Source: Kiritimatiellia bacterium (lineage in GTDB: Bacteria > Verrucomicrobiota > Kiritimatiellia > CAIVKH01). From it: DNA of 64,000 nucleotides. Under the pieces are notes generated by a model that was not told where the DNA came from, did not search any database, and saw only the letters and a list, made by a program, of their open reading frames with translations. The stretch is taken from positions 85,561-149,560 of the forward strand of contig DAOLDL010000001.1 in NCBI GenBank assembly GCA_035327305.1, read 5' to 3'. Positions within the stretch are counted from its first letter, which is position 1. Each line of letters begins with the position of its first letter. Positions 28,619 through 38,508 of this stretch are shown here, in pieces. Made by a program: the position numbers and the translations under genes.

Positions 28619-29157
28619 TACCGAACTCCGATTCCGAAAACCTTATCCCTTAAATGACGTAACATCGGGGTAAGTAGTAATGTTAGAATAAGCGCCAATG
28701 GAACGGCCAGTATTGACCAGGCAACGATTCCGCGAAGCGCCACCCAGCCGAGTTCATTTGCGGCGGACCAGAAGTCCGTCGCAAATGCATTGGAAATTTC
28801 CACCAAAGACAAAGGAAATTGTTCACGAGCAAAAATGATATTTCCCAATCGCAGGAAAGGAATAATCAGGAGTATTTGAAGAGGATAAACCAGCCAGTTG
28901 ACGGTTTGAATGGCGATGTGATTCAGCTTGAAACGGATGGCAATCAGGCCGCACAGCAACATGGTCGTTCCCAGTATGGGAAAAATGCCCAATACACCGC
29001 CCCAGGCAAGGCTCTGGGCCAACTTCTCGGGTGTGGCGCCTTGTATCAGTTGCGACACCAGAGGCTTGACGACCCGGCGGTGCCATAGCGATGGGGGTTT
29101 TCCCAATGGTGCAGATGCCACTCCGCAAACTTCTATTGTCGGTTGTGTTTCGGTCAT
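28618..29157 (-). CDS. DUF2062 domain membrane protein
   Basis: TPEKLAQSLAWG..LG.FP.LG.T, LN....QTVNWLVYPLQ. Confidence 0.8.
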   Translation of the reverse strand: MTETQPTIEVCGVASAPLGKPPSLWHRRVVKPLVSQLIQGATPEKLAQSLAWGGVLGIFPILGTTMLLCGLIAIRFKLNHIAIQTVNWLVYPLQILLIIPFLRLGNIIFAREQFPLSLVEISNAFATDFWSAANELGWVALRGIVAWSILAVPLALILTLLLTPMLRHLRDKVFGIGVR

Positions 29158-29163
29158 CCCGAA

Positions 29164-29172
29164 ACAGTACCA
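29164..29172 (-). promoter_or_regulatory. Extended -10 promoter (TGG-TACTGT) 6 nt before the DUF2062 ATG; leaderless-type
   Basis: Minus strand reads TGGTACTGT-TTCGGG-ATG. Confidence 0.6.
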
Positions 29173-29298
29173 CAGGGCTAACGATTAACAAGTGGGGGGA
29201 TGAAATGTTCATCAAGCATCCTTGTTCGGGAATCCCGGCATACACCACAATCATGAACATGTTGAACTTGCCGGAAGCCTTGATCCGTTGTCGTGAAG

Positions 29299-30648
29299 TC
29301 AACCAATTCTGGCGCGTACCAATATAAAATATGCGGCCATGGCAATGGCCATAATATACATCGGCCATTTTACATCGCGCAGGCGACCGGAGGCTATTTT
29401 CAGCACAGGATAACCGACCAATCCCAATGCCAATCCGTCGGCGATCGAATAGGTAAGTGGTATGCCAACCATGATCATGAATGCCGGCAACGATTCGGTG
29501 ATGTCATCCCAATCAACATTTCGAATGCTACCGGCCATAAAAACGCCGACGATAACCAGGGCGGATGCCGTTATCGGGGGGAAGGATGCCACCATGGCAA
29601 TCAGGGGGGCAAAAACGATCGACAGCAGAAACATTGCGGCCACGACCACGCAAACCAGACCGGTGCGCCCGCCTTGTTCGACACCGGATGCGCTCTCGAT
29701 ATAACTTGTTACGGTGCTTGTTCCCAGCATGGCGCCGGCCATGGTACCTACGGCATCAGACACAAGCGCGCGTCCAGCGCGAGGTAATTCACCGTTCTTC
29801 ATAAATCCGGCGCGCTCTGATACACCGGTCAACGTCCCGACCGTATCAAATAGATCGGTAAACAGGAACATGACAATAAATGGGATGCAGGCAATGGTAA
29901 GCGCGCCCGCGATATCCAGTTGAAAAACTGCCGGACTCTGAATGTCCGGCAAACCAATCCACATGCCCGGCGGCACCACTTGTCCCATGGCAATGGCCAA
30001 TACGGAAGAAAAGAGCATTCCGATCAGGATCGATCCGGGAATGCGGTATGCATGCAAAATGCCGATAACCAGCAATCCGAAGGTAAAGATCATGGGTCCG
30101 ACACTTGTGATGTTTACATTCAATCCAACCAGGGTTCCTGGTTTTTCCACGATTATTCCGCCATTACGAAGTCCGATGAACGTGATAAAGAGTCCAATCC
30201 CGGCGGCAATTCCACTTCTCATGCTTGGACTTAATGCACGGAGAATGGTTTGCCGGACTTGAAATAAAGACAGAATGAGGAAAGATAAGCCGGACAGGAA
30301 AACGAGACCAAGCGCGACTTGCCACGCATTTGAGATGCCGATTGCGCTTAATCCCATCACGACCGACACAAAAAGGTGATTGTTACCCATGCCTGGAGCC
30401 TGTGCAATAGGGTATCGGGCAAACAAACCCATGATCAGAGTGGCCAGGGCAGTGGAAATGGATGTCGCCAGCATTACGGCCTGCGGGTCCAGGCCGGTAG
30501 GTTTGCCGGAGAAGTCCGTTCCCAGTACGGCGGGATTGACAAATATAATGTAAGCCATTGTCACAAATGTCGTAAGGCCGGCAATAACCTCGGTACGCAC
30601 GTTTGTGTTGTTTTCCGCCAGTTTGAAAAAATTATCCAATTTAGGCAT
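29299..30648 (-). CDS. NCS2/AzgA-family purine permease (PbuG-like)
   Basis: TNVRTEVIAGLTTF.TMAYIIFVNP, APGMG, FDTVGTL, TSYIESASG...GGRTGL, TYSIADG. Start ATG 30648. Confidence 0.92.
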   Translation of the reverse strand: MPKLDNFFKLAENNTNVRTEVIAGLTTFVTMAYIIFVNPAVLGTDFSGKPTGLDPQAVMLATSISTALATLIMGLFARYPIAQAPGMGNNHLFVSVVMGLSAIGISNAWQVALGLVFLSGLSFLILSLFQVRQTILRALSPSMRSGIAAGIGLFITFIGLRNGGIIVEKPGTLVGLNVNITSVGPMIFTFGLLVIGILHAYRIPGSILIGMLFSSVLAIAMGQVVPPGMWIGLPDIQSPAVFQLDIAGALTIACIPFIVMFLFTDLFDTVGTLTGVSERAGFMKNGELPRAGRALVSDAVGTMAGAMLGTSTVTSYIESASGVEQGGRTGLVCVVVAAMFLLSIVFAPLIAMVASFPPITASALVIVGVFMAGSIRNVDWDDITESLPAFMIMVGIPLTYSIADGLALGLVGYPVLKIASGRLRDVKWPMYIMAIAMAAYFILVRARIG

Positions 30649-30886
30649 AACTCCAACTCCTGTGCGAAGATGCCGAATGAAATGAGGTTGTTCAAGTTGA
30701 ACTTGCGCACGACATGACGGAGCGCTATTCACATTCAAACCTGGTAAATCGAGCCGACAGACCCTTCATTTATCAGGCATCTGCATACCTTTTGAAGTTT
30801 TTGCATGTATGCTTTTTGTTTTGCCCGAATCGACCTGTTCGTATAGCCTTTTTCTTTTTGCAAACGAACAGAAAGATAATTGTGTT

Positions 30887-31849
30887 ATGAGGATTTTATC
30901 TGGAATACAACCGTCGGGTAAATTGCACATTGGCAACTACTTCGGCATGATGAAACCCGCCTTGGAATTGCAGGTCCAAGGCGAAGCGTTTTTGTTTATT
31001 GCCGATTACCATGCGTTGACTTCGGTCAAGGACCCTCAAGCTTTACGTGAAGCCACGCGTGACGTTGCCCTGGATTTTCTGGCCTGCGGACTCGATCCCA
31101 AGCGAACCGCTTTTTATCGCCAAAGCGATATTCCGGAAGTCACCGAGTTGACCTGGTTGTTGTCAGTCGTGACCCCGATGGGGCTTTTGGAGCGTTGTCA
31201 TTCGTATAAGGATAAAACCGCACATGGCATCGTGCCCAGTCACGCCTTGTTTGCGTATCCTGTTTTAATGGCCGCCGATATCTTGAGCGTAAATGCGGAT
31301 GTCGTTCCGGTCGGACGTGACCAAAAGCAACACATAGAAGTGACGCGGGATATTGCCAACAAGTTCAACATCCTTTATGGGCCGGTTTTCAAAATACCCG
31401 AACCACGCATTCAGGACAGCGTAGCCGTCGTTCCCGGCACGGACGGGCAGAAGATGTCCAAATCGTACAATAATACGATCGAGATATTCGGAAAGCCGAA
31501 TCTTGTGCGTGCGGCCATCATGCGTATTGTTACCGACAGCAAGACTGTAGATGAGTCGAAAAATCCGGAGGAATGCAACGTCTTCAAATTGTACCGGCTT
31601 TTCGCGACACCGGAGCAGGAACAGGATATGGCTGATCGCTACCGTCGCGGCGGCATGGGTTATGGCGATGCGAAAAAGGCGTTGTATGAATTGTTCGAGG
31701 CGCACTTTGAACCGTTTCGCAAAAAACGCGAGGAGCTGGAAGCCAACCTTGATTATGTGGAAAGCGTTTTGAAGGAAGGCGCGCTCAAGGCGAGAAACGA
31801 AGTGCGCGATGTCCTGCAAAGCGCCCGCCGCGCGGTAGGTCTCGAATAA
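30887..31849 (+). CDS. trpS: Tryptophanyl-tRNA synthetase
   Basis: MRILSGIQPSG.LHIGNY, YPVLMAADIL, VPVGRDQKQH, KMSKS. Confidence 0.97.
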   Translation: MRILSGIQPSGKLHIGNYFGMMKPALELQVQGEAFLFIADYHALTSVKDPQALREATRDVALDFLACGLDPKRTAFYRQSDIPEVTELTWLLSVVTPMGLLERCHSYKDKTAHGIVPSHALFAYPVLMAADILSVNADVVPVGRDQKQHIEVTRDIANKFNILYGPVFKIPEPRIQDSVAVVPGTDGQKMSKSYNNTIEIFGKPNLVRAAIMRIVTDSKTVDESKNPEECNVFKLYRLFATPEQEQDMADRYRRGGMGYGDAKKALYELFEAHFEPFRKKREELEANLDYVESVLKEGALKARNEVRDVLQSARRAVGLE

Positions 31850-31850
31850 T

Positions 31851-32579
31851 ATGACCGCCACCGATCCCTACAAAGTTGAACTCGATGTATTCGAGGGTCC
31901 GCTCGATCTTCTGCTTTATCTGATCAAGCAGGACGAAATCGATATTTATGATATTCCGATAGTGCGTATTACCGACCAGTATATGCAGTACCTGGATGTG
32001 ATGAAAATGCTGGATCTGAATATCGCCGGTGAATTTATCGTCATGGCGGCAACATTGATGATGATCAAGAGTCGCATGCTGTTGCCGGTTGAAGAGAGGC
32101 CGGAAATGGAAGACGAAGAGGATCCGCGTTGGGATCTGGTTCGTCAGTTGGTTGAGTATAAGAAATTCAAGGACGCGGCGTCTCATCTCGGAGAGCTGGA
32201 AGTGCGCCAGGAAAACATGTTTGCCCGTTCCGGCGAGGGTATACTTCTGGGGCCGGAGCCGGATATTGCCTTGGAGGATGTCAGCATATTCGATTTGATT
32301 ACGGCATTTAATGAAGCGCTGAAGAAAGCGCCGCGTGAGGAATTGAAGGAGATATTCGCGGAGCAGTTTACCGTTGCTGAAAAAATCGACCACATCATGA
32401 CCCTTATGCGAGATCGCGGTCGCGCCAGTCTTTCCCGATTGTTGTCCGGTATGCGTCACCGGTATGAAATGGTCTGCACGTTTCTGGCAATTTTGGAATT
32501 AATCAGATTAAAGCAGGTGAGGGCGCGTCAAAGCGATCATTTTGGGGATATTGACCTGGTCCCGTTTGAAGAAGAATAA
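31851..32579 (+). CDS. scpA: Segregation and condensation protein A
   Basis: FEGPLDLLLYLI, IT.QY, AGEFIVMAATL..IKSRMLLP, FLAILEL. Confidence 0.96.
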   Translation: MTATDPYKVELDVFEGPLDLLLYLIKQDEIDIYDIPIVRITDQYMQYLDVMKMLDLNIAGEFIVMAATLMMIKSRMLLPVEERPEMEDEEDPRWDLVRQLVEYKKFKDAASHLGELEVRQENMFARSGEGILLGPEPDIALEDVSIFDLITAFNEALKKAPREELKEIFAEQFTVAEKIDHIMTLMRDRGRASLSRLLSGMRHRYEMVCTFLAILELIRLKQVRARQSDHFGDIDLVPFEEE

Positions 32580-32594
32580 CGAGGATGGAGTGGA

Positions 32595-33518
32595 TTGACT
32601 ATGTCGGATACAGCTGTTTTACCGGAATTGAAGCAAATCATCGGCGCCTTGCTGTTTGCGGCCCGCGAACCCATTGCAATAGATGTCATTCATAAAACGC
32701 TTCGCGACGCCGCCAAGCAATACGAAGGGCCTGTGCAGGATTTCGGGAAAGCCGGCAAGGAGGACATCGAGGCGGCGATCAAGGAATTAAATGACGAGCT
32801 GGTCCGGGCCAAGGTTGGGATTCATGTTGGCGAAGTGGCCAATGGATTTCGACTCCAGAACGATTTGAATTGCGGAATATGGATACGCCAGATGCTGGAA
32901 AAGGGCCGCAGTAACCGGTTGAGCAAACCGGCGCTTGAAACACTCGCCATCATTGCCTACCGCCAGCCTTGCACACGGGCGGAAATCGAATCGGTGCGCG
33001 GCGTTGCAGTTGATGCCATTCTGAAGAATTTGATGGAAATGCAATTGGTTAAAGCCGCCGGTCGCAGTGAACTTCCCGGGCGTCCCTGGTTGTTTGCGAC
33101 AACGCAGAAATTCCTGGAATATTTCGGTCTGAAAAATGTCCAGGACCTTCCGGGAATAGAAGAGTTACGCCGCATGGAAAAGGCCCAGGCAGAAGCCAAG
33201 CGCAATGAAGCCATTGAAAAAGCAGTTGCCGAAGAAGAAAAGAAACAATCAGAACTACCCCTCAATGAAAACGAACATGCCCTTGCCGATGATCCTGTAG
33301 CACAGGTTGATGACGACATCCGCAATAATGAGGAGAAGCTTCAGGATGCAGAGGCGATTGATAATGTCGAAGATCCGGATGAAGAGGAGTACGATGATGA
33401 GGACGACGACGAAGAATACGACGATGAAGAGTATGATGACGAAGATGAAGATGACGATGAAGATTGGGACGAAGAAGTAGAGGATGATGAGAGCGATAAG
33501 GACTCCAGTCGCGGCTAA
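32595..33518 (+). CDS. scpB: Segregation and condensation protein B with long acidic tail
   Basis: LSKPALETLAIIAYRQP.TRAEIESVRGV, PGRP.LF.TT..FL.YFGL. Confidence 0.95.
   Translation: MTMSDTAVLPELKQIIGALLFAAREPIAIDVIHKTLRDAAKQYEGPVQDFGKAGKEDIEAAIKELNDELVRAKVGIHVGEVANGFRLQNDLNCGIWIRQMLEKGRSNRLSKPALETLAIIAYRQPCTRAEIESVRGVAVDAILKNLMEMQLVKAAGRSELPGRPWLFATTQKFLEYFGLKNVQDLPGIEELRRMEKAQAEAKRNEAIEKAVAEEEKKQSELPLNENEHALADDPVAQVDDDIRNNEEKLQDAEAIDNVEDPDEEEYDDEDDDEEYDDEEYDDEDEDDDEDWDEEVEDDESDKDSSRG
33361..33500 (+). repeat. Low-complexity GAY/GAR tract encoding the Asp/Glu-rich ScpB tail
   Basis: EEEYDDEDDDEEYDDEEYDDEDEDDDEDWDEEVEDDE; imperfect EEYDD repeats. Confidence 0.85.
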
Positions 33519-33520
33519 TC

Positions 33521-34306
33521 ATGAGCAAAACGCTTGATCAATTAAGGGCGGAAATTGACCGGTTGGATGATCAGATTATCCGGCTGTTAAATGAACGTGC
33601 CGAAAAAGCTGTGGAAATCGGTCATATCAAAAAGAAAACCGGTGACGAACTCTATGTGCCGTCTCGCGAGCGAACCGTTCTCAATCGCCTGATGAATCTC
33701 AATCAAGGCCCGCTTTCCCATCGATCCGTTTGTCGTATATACCGGGAAATCATGGCTTCCGCGCTGGCTCTTGAACACAAGGAACACATTATCGCCGGCG
33801 GAACAACTCGTTCCAATCTGACTCATGCCGTTCATTTCCTTTCCGGTGTACATGCAGAGGCGACTTATTATTCTGCGTTGGACCAGTTGGTTGGGGCATT
33901 TGCCGGAAATCGGGACGCGTTGATGGTGATTACGGACGAATGGCGAAACAAAATCCAGGGATCCGCTCAAGCGCAGAATGCATGGAATTGGTTTGGTTGC
34001 TGGAGTATCGTTTCTCCAGAAACGGGTCAGGCCGTGCGCTATCATGTTATTGGCCACACAAAGGACCATGTGATGGCGGGGCGGCCTGCCGTGGTGTATT
34101 GTTTGTATGAAAAAGATAGATTTGATCCGGGTCATGACAGTGCGGAGTGGTGTAACTTGCCGGTGGCATCCATGGAGTTTACGGCGTTGCTTGATCAACC
34201 GGATCAGGGTTTGCTGAAAATAAACCTCGACGTCTCCACGAAAGATATCGATCGGAATTTTACCACGCAAATTGCCGGAAAATGTCTGGCCGTTTGGGTC
34301 GCATAA
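33521..34306 (+). CDS. Chorismate mutase (AroQ) fused to a degenerate, internally deleted prephenate-dehydratase/ACT region
   Basis: LRAEIDRLD....LLNERA...G.IK....Y.PSRE..V, REIMASALALE as in PheA; the rest aligns only weakly; 261 aa. Confidence 0.8.
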   Translation: MSKTLDQLRAEIDRLDDQIIRLLNERAEKAVEIGHIKKKTGDELYVPSRERTVLNRLMNLNQGPLSHRSVCRIYREIMASALALEHKEHIIAGGTTRSNLTHAVHFLSGVHAEATYYSALDQLVGAFAGNRDALMVITDEWRNKIQGSAQAQNAWNWFGCWSIVSPETGQAVRYHVIGHTKDHVMAGRPAVVYCLYEKDRFDPGHDSAEWCNLPVASMEFTALLDQPDQGLLKINLDVSTKDIDRNFTTQIAGKCLAVWVA

Positions 34307-34318
34307 GGATTTAGCTTC

Positions 34319-35440
34319 GTGAACAATTTAAATTCCATAGCAAAAAAATGGGTGGATGGTTTGACGATGTATCAACCGGGAAAACCCATTGAAGAAGTGG
34401 CCCGCGAACTTGGACTTGGAGATCCGGAGGGCATTATCAAGCTGGCCTCAAACGAAAATGCGCTAGGTCCGTCGCCGTCAGCCATTGCCGCTATGCAAAA
34501 TGCGGCGGCGCAAATGCATATTTATCCGGATGGCGATAACTTCCAGCTTCGCAAGGCGCTTTCAAAAAAAATCAGTATCCCCGGCAATCAGATATTTATC
34601 GGTCATGGCAGTAATGAAATCTTACAGTTGCTTGCCCATGTTTTTCTGGATCGAGATTCCAATGTTGTGGTTTCAGATCATGCATTTGTGGTTTACCGGC
34701 TGGTCGCCGCATTGTACGAATCTCCGGTCATCAGTGTACCTATGACCGATTTCCGGCATGACCTGACCGCCATGCGCAATGCCATTAATGAAAAAACCCG
34801 CCTGGTTTTTATCAGCAATCCTAATAATCCTACCGGCACAATGGTCGACGGGCGGGAAATCGACGCATTTATGCGTGATATTCCGTCAACTACCGCAGTG
34901 GTATTCGATGAGGCATACATTGAACTGCTACCACCGGATCTCCAGCCCGATACGGTGCGGTATGTCCGCGAAAACAAAAACGTTTACGTGTTGCGAACGT
35001 TTTCCAAAACTTACGGTCTGGCCGGACTTCGCATCGGTTATGCCCTGGCTCCCGTTGAAGGAGTGAATCTTTTACATCGGGTCCGACAGCCATTTAATGT
35101 CAATGCCATGGCCCAGGCCGCCGCCATCGCGGCATTGCAGGACGATGATTTTGTCTTGACCACCCGTAACGTCCTTGCCCGAGGAATGAAAGATGTCTGC
35201 CAATGTTTTGACGAGCTTGGCCTCTTCTATATTCCGTCCGTGACTAATTTTGTTCTGGTAAAGGTCGGCAATGGCAAACGAGTTTTTGAAGAACTGCAAT
35301 TGCGTCGGGTTATCGTGCGGCCGGTCGATGTTTATCAACTGCCCGAATATGTTCGGGTTACCATCGGAACCGAAAAAGAAAACAAGCGATTCATCCAGGC
35401 GTTCCGCGAAGTTATTCATCAGGGAGTATGCCCGGTATGA
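34319..35440 (+). CDS. hisC: Histidinol-phosphate / aromatic aminotransferase
   Basis: [41 protein letters not shown]; GTG start. Confidence 0.95.
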   Translation: MNNLNSIAKKWVDGLTMYQPGKPIEEVARELGLGDPEGIIKLASNENALGPSPSAIAAMQNAAAQMHIYPDGDNFQLRKALSKKISIPGNQIFIGHGSNEILQLLAHVFLDRDSNVVVSDHAFVVYRLVAALYESPVISVPMTDFRHDLTAMRNAINEKTRLVFISNPNNPTGTMVDGREIDAFMRDIPSTTAVVFDEAYIELLPPDLQPDTVRYVRENKNVYVLRTFSKTYGLAGLRIGYALAPVEGVNLLHRVRQPFNVNAMAQAAAIAALQDDDFVLTTRNVLARGMKDVCQCFDELGLFYIPSVTNFVLVKVGNGKRVFEELQLRRVIVRPVDVYQLPEYVRVTIGTEKENKRFIQAFREVIHQGVCPV

Positions 35441-36300
35441 ATGTGCCATACAAGCTAGCCGGACGGACAGAGCACCCCTCTGATACCATCATCCCCATAC
35501 CGGTGGCTCCGGCATTTGGAAAAAATATCATGCTGGGCGGGTCCAGCGGAATCGTCGTTGTCGCCGGCCCCTGCTCGGTTGAATCTCGCGAAATCATGTT
35601 TCAAACCGCGGAAGCCATTAAAGCTTCTGGGGCGACATTGCTTCGCGCCGGCGCGTTTAAGCCGCGGACATCCCCATATTCTTTCCAGGGGTTGGGGGTG
35701 GAAGGATTGCGCATTCTCATGGATGTGCGTGAACGATACGGCTTGCCGTTCGTCACGGAGGTAATGGATACGCGTGACGTTGAAATGGTGGGGGAATTTT
35801 CCGATGTTCTGCAAATCGGCGCGCGAAATACGCAAAATTATTCCCTGCTGAAAGCGGTCGGTCGCGTCAAAAAACCGGTGCTTTTGAAGCGAGGCATTGC
35901 TGGTACCATCGATGAATTGCTCATGAGCGCCGAATATATCATGAGCCAGGGAAACCCACATGTGATTTTATGCGAAAGAGGAATTCGCACGTTTGAACGG
36001 GCAACGCGAAATACCCTGGACTTGAACGCTGTACCGGTATTGAAATCCCTTTCGCATCTTCCCGTCGCGGTGGATCCCAGCCACGGCACGGGATTGACTT
36101 CGCTTGTTCCGGTCATGTCGCAAGCCGCAGTGGCCGCCGGCGCAGATGTGCTGTTGGTTGAAGTTCATCCGGAACCGGCTAAAGCAACATCGGATGGCGC
36201 TCAGACACTGGACTTGAATCAGTTTGCCGAAATGATGAAACGACTTAACAAAGTGGCCGCGGCAATCGACCGGACCATGCAAACCTGGAGTGGCCCATGA
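35428..36300 (+). CDS. aroF: DAHP synthase type I-beta, catalytic barrel only
   Basis: [56 protein letters not shown]. Confidence 0.93.
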   Translation: MPGMNVPYKLAGRTEHPSDTIIPIPVAPAFGKNIMLGGSSGIVVVAGPCSVESREIMFQTAEAIKASGATLLRAGAFKPRTSPYSFQGLGVEGLRILMDVRERYGLPFVTEVMDTRDVEMVGEFSDVLQIGARNTQNYSLLKAVGRVKKPVLLKRGIAGTIDELLMSAEYIMSQGNPHVILCERGIRTFERATRNTLDLNAVPVLKSLSHLPVAVDPSHGTGLTSLVPVMSQAAVAAGADVLLVEVHPEPAKATSDGAQTLDLNQFAEMMKRLNKVAAAIDRTMQTWSGP

Positions 36301-37178
36301 ACGATGTGACCATTCTGGGTTTGGGACTGATGGGCGGGTCGCTTGGATTGGCGCTCAAAAGCCGTCAGCCTCACGTCACGGTTCATGGTTTTACCCGGGA
36401 CAAAGCCAGAAGCGAAGTCGCCTTGAAACGAAGGGCCGTCGATGTGGTTTACGATTCAGCCGTTGATGCAGTCTCCAACGCGGATATTGTAGTGCTGTGT
36501 GCGCCGATATTATCCATTCCCGCACAATTGGATTCAGTGATCAACCATTTGAAACCAGGGGCAATCGTTACAGATGTGGGCAGTACTAAAGCGTTCATTC
36601 AGCGGGAATGCCGCGCACGTTTGGATAAACGACAGGCATTGTTTATTGGAAGCCATCCAATTGCCGGGTCTGAACAACAGGGGATAGACGCCGCCCGGCC
36701 GGATTTATATGATAATGCGATGGTTGTGATCACGCCCGACGCGAACGATCCTGCGGATAAAGTGTTGGAAGTAGAGACGTTATGGTCTGTTGTCGGGGGG
36801 CGAGTATGCCTGATGACCCCGGAAGAACATGACCAGGTTCTTGCCACAACCAGTCATTTGCCGCATTTAATCGCCAGTTTATTGGCATTTACGGTCGGCC
36901 GTCCGGGATTACGAAGTGATTTGGGGGCTTTTTGCGGGACAGGTTATCGCGACACGACCAGGGTAGCCGCCGGAGGCATTGATATCTGGATGGATATAGT
37001 GAAATCAAACAAATTATCAATTGTTCAGGAATTGTCTGAATATCGGGAAAATTTGACGAACTTTATCGAAAAGTTGGAACAGGACGAATTTTCTGTTATA
37101 GAGCAGATTCTGAACGGGGGAAAGACCTCGCGCAAGGCATTTACAGAATATGGAAATCAAAACAATAGCGAAGAATAA
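36297..37178 (+). CDS. tyrA: Prephenate dehydrogenase
   Basis: [47 protein letters not shown]. Confidence 0.93.
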   Translation: MNDVTILGLGLMGGSLGLALKSRQPHVTVHGFTRDKARSEVALKRRAVDVVYDSAVDAVSNADIVVLCAPILSIPAQLDSVINHLKPGAIVTDVGSTKAFIQRECRARLDKRQALFIGSHPIAGSEQQGIDAARPDLYDNAMVVITPDANDPADKVLEVETLWSVVGGRVCLMTPEEHDQVLATTSHLPHLIASLLAFTVGRPGLRSDLGAFCGTGYRDTTRVAAGGIDIWMDIVKSNKLSIVQELSEYRENLTNFIEKLEQDEFSVIEQILNGGKTSRKAFTEYGNQNNSEE

Positions 37179-37191
37179 CGGGATATCGCAC

Positions 37192-38508
37192 ATGCCGATT
37201 TCAGCCATCGTTCATCCCGTCGATAAAATCGGCGGCGATGTTCGAGTACCGGGTGATAAAAGCATTTCCCACCGTGTGGCGATGCTGGCGGGTATGGCCA
37301 AGGGCACTTCGGAAGTGGAAAACTATCTTCAGAGCGAAGATTGCATCAATACACTTAAAGCCATGGAAGCTCTGGGCGCGCGTTCGTTCGAGACGCCCGA
37401 CGGAAAATTGCACATCCAAGGCACAGGTGGAAAATTCATGGAACCGGCCGGCGTGCTCGATATCGGGAATTCAGGAACAAGCATGCGGTTGTTGACAGGA
37501 ATTCTTGCCGGTTCTGCGATTACTGTCGAGTTGACCGGAGACGATTCCTTGCGTTCGCGACCAATGAAGCGAATCAAAGAACCCCTGGAAATGATGGGCG
37601 CCAAAGTTGAGCTGACCGGGGAAAAGGGTACCGCACCACTTAAAATAACCGGTGGAAAATTAAAAGGCATTGATTATTTATTGCCGGTCGCTTCCGCGCA
37701 AGTGAAGTCATGCATTATGATGGCCGGCCTGTTTGCCGAAGGCATTACCAGAGTTACCGAGCCGGTACATACCCGCGATCACACGGAACGTTTGCTCGCC
37801 GAGCTTGGACTGCCAATCACCGTCAAAGGACTTCAAGTCGAAATCAAGGGACTTGGTTCAAAGGGACCGGCCATTAACGCTCGACCTTTCATCATCCCGG
37901 GTGATTTTTCTTCCGCTGCATTTTGGATGGTCGCAGTGGCCGCGCGTCCGGGCAAATCTGTTACGATTCGTAATGTGGGATTGAATCCGCGGCGGACGGC
38001 GTTGCTCGATGTATTGAAACAGGCCGGCGCTTCAGTATCGATCAAGCAATACAAAGGCACCAATCATATCGAACCGGCCGGTGATATTACGGTCAAAGGC
38101 GCCAAGCTGAAACCTTTCGAAGTGGGGGGCGACGCCATTCCGAATTTAATTGATGAATTACCGATCATTTTCGTTTTGGCGTCGTTGATTGATGGAAAAT
38201 CAGTTATCCGGGACGCCCAGGAATTACGTGTTAAAGAATCCGATCGCATTGCCACCATGGCTGGAAATTTACGCCTGATGGGCATTGATGCAGTGGAACA
38301 GCCTGACGGAATGATCGTAAACGGCGGAAAACCGATTGTGCCGGAATGCTCGGTTCGAAGTTATGGTGATCATCGTATCGCCATGGCCATGGCCATTCTC
38401 GCCACCTATGCGCAAGCGCCGATCATAATTCAAAATGTGGCCTGTGTTGATACATCATATCCCGGATTCTGGGATCATTTGCGGGGGCTGGGTGGCCATG
38501 TCGAATAA
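37192..38508 (+). CDS. aroA: EPSP synthase
   Basis: PGDKSISHR, GNSGTSMRL, SAQVKS, RDHTERL, PGDFSSAAF, LRVKESDRI, DHRIAMA. Start 37192 or 37150. Confidence 0.96.
   Translation: MPISAIVHPVDKIGGDVRVPGDKSISHRVAMLAGMAKGTSEVENYLQSEDCINTLKAMEALGARSFETPDGKLHIQGTGGKFMEPAGVLDIGNSGTSMRLLTGILAGSAITVELTGDDSLRSRPMKRIKEPLEMMGAKVELTGEKGTAPLKITGGKLKGIDYLLPVASAQVKSCIMMAGLFAEGITRVTEPVHTRDHTERLLAELGLPITVKGLQVEIKGLGSKGPAINARPFIIPGDFSSAAFWMVAVAARPGKSVTIRNVGLNPRRTALLDVLKQAGASVSIKQYKGTNHIEPAGDITVKGAKLKPFEVGGDAIPNLIDELPIIFVLASLIDGKSVIRDAQELRVKESDRIATMAGNLRLMGIDAVEQPDGMIVNGGKPIVPECSVRSYGDHRIAMAMAILATYAQAPIIIQNVACVDTSYPGFWDHLRGLGGHVE

Noticed and set aside
30649-30886. Purine riboswitch before the NCS2 permease, or T-box before trpS
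   Set aside because: Neither the purine aptamer core (TATAAT...GATATGG...GTTTCTACC) nor the T-box AAGGTGGTACC and terminator could be found on either strand.
33361-33500. Repetitive GATGA/GACGA tract as a CRISPR or satellite
   Set aside because: It is in-frame coding for the acidic ScpB tail; there is no constant repeat-spacer period.
31265-34270. Long antisense ORFs (31265-31861, 31785-32459, 33587-34270; also 50911-51516, 53999-54451, 18809-19342)
   Set aside because: Shadow frames of well-supported genes, with no recognisable motifs.
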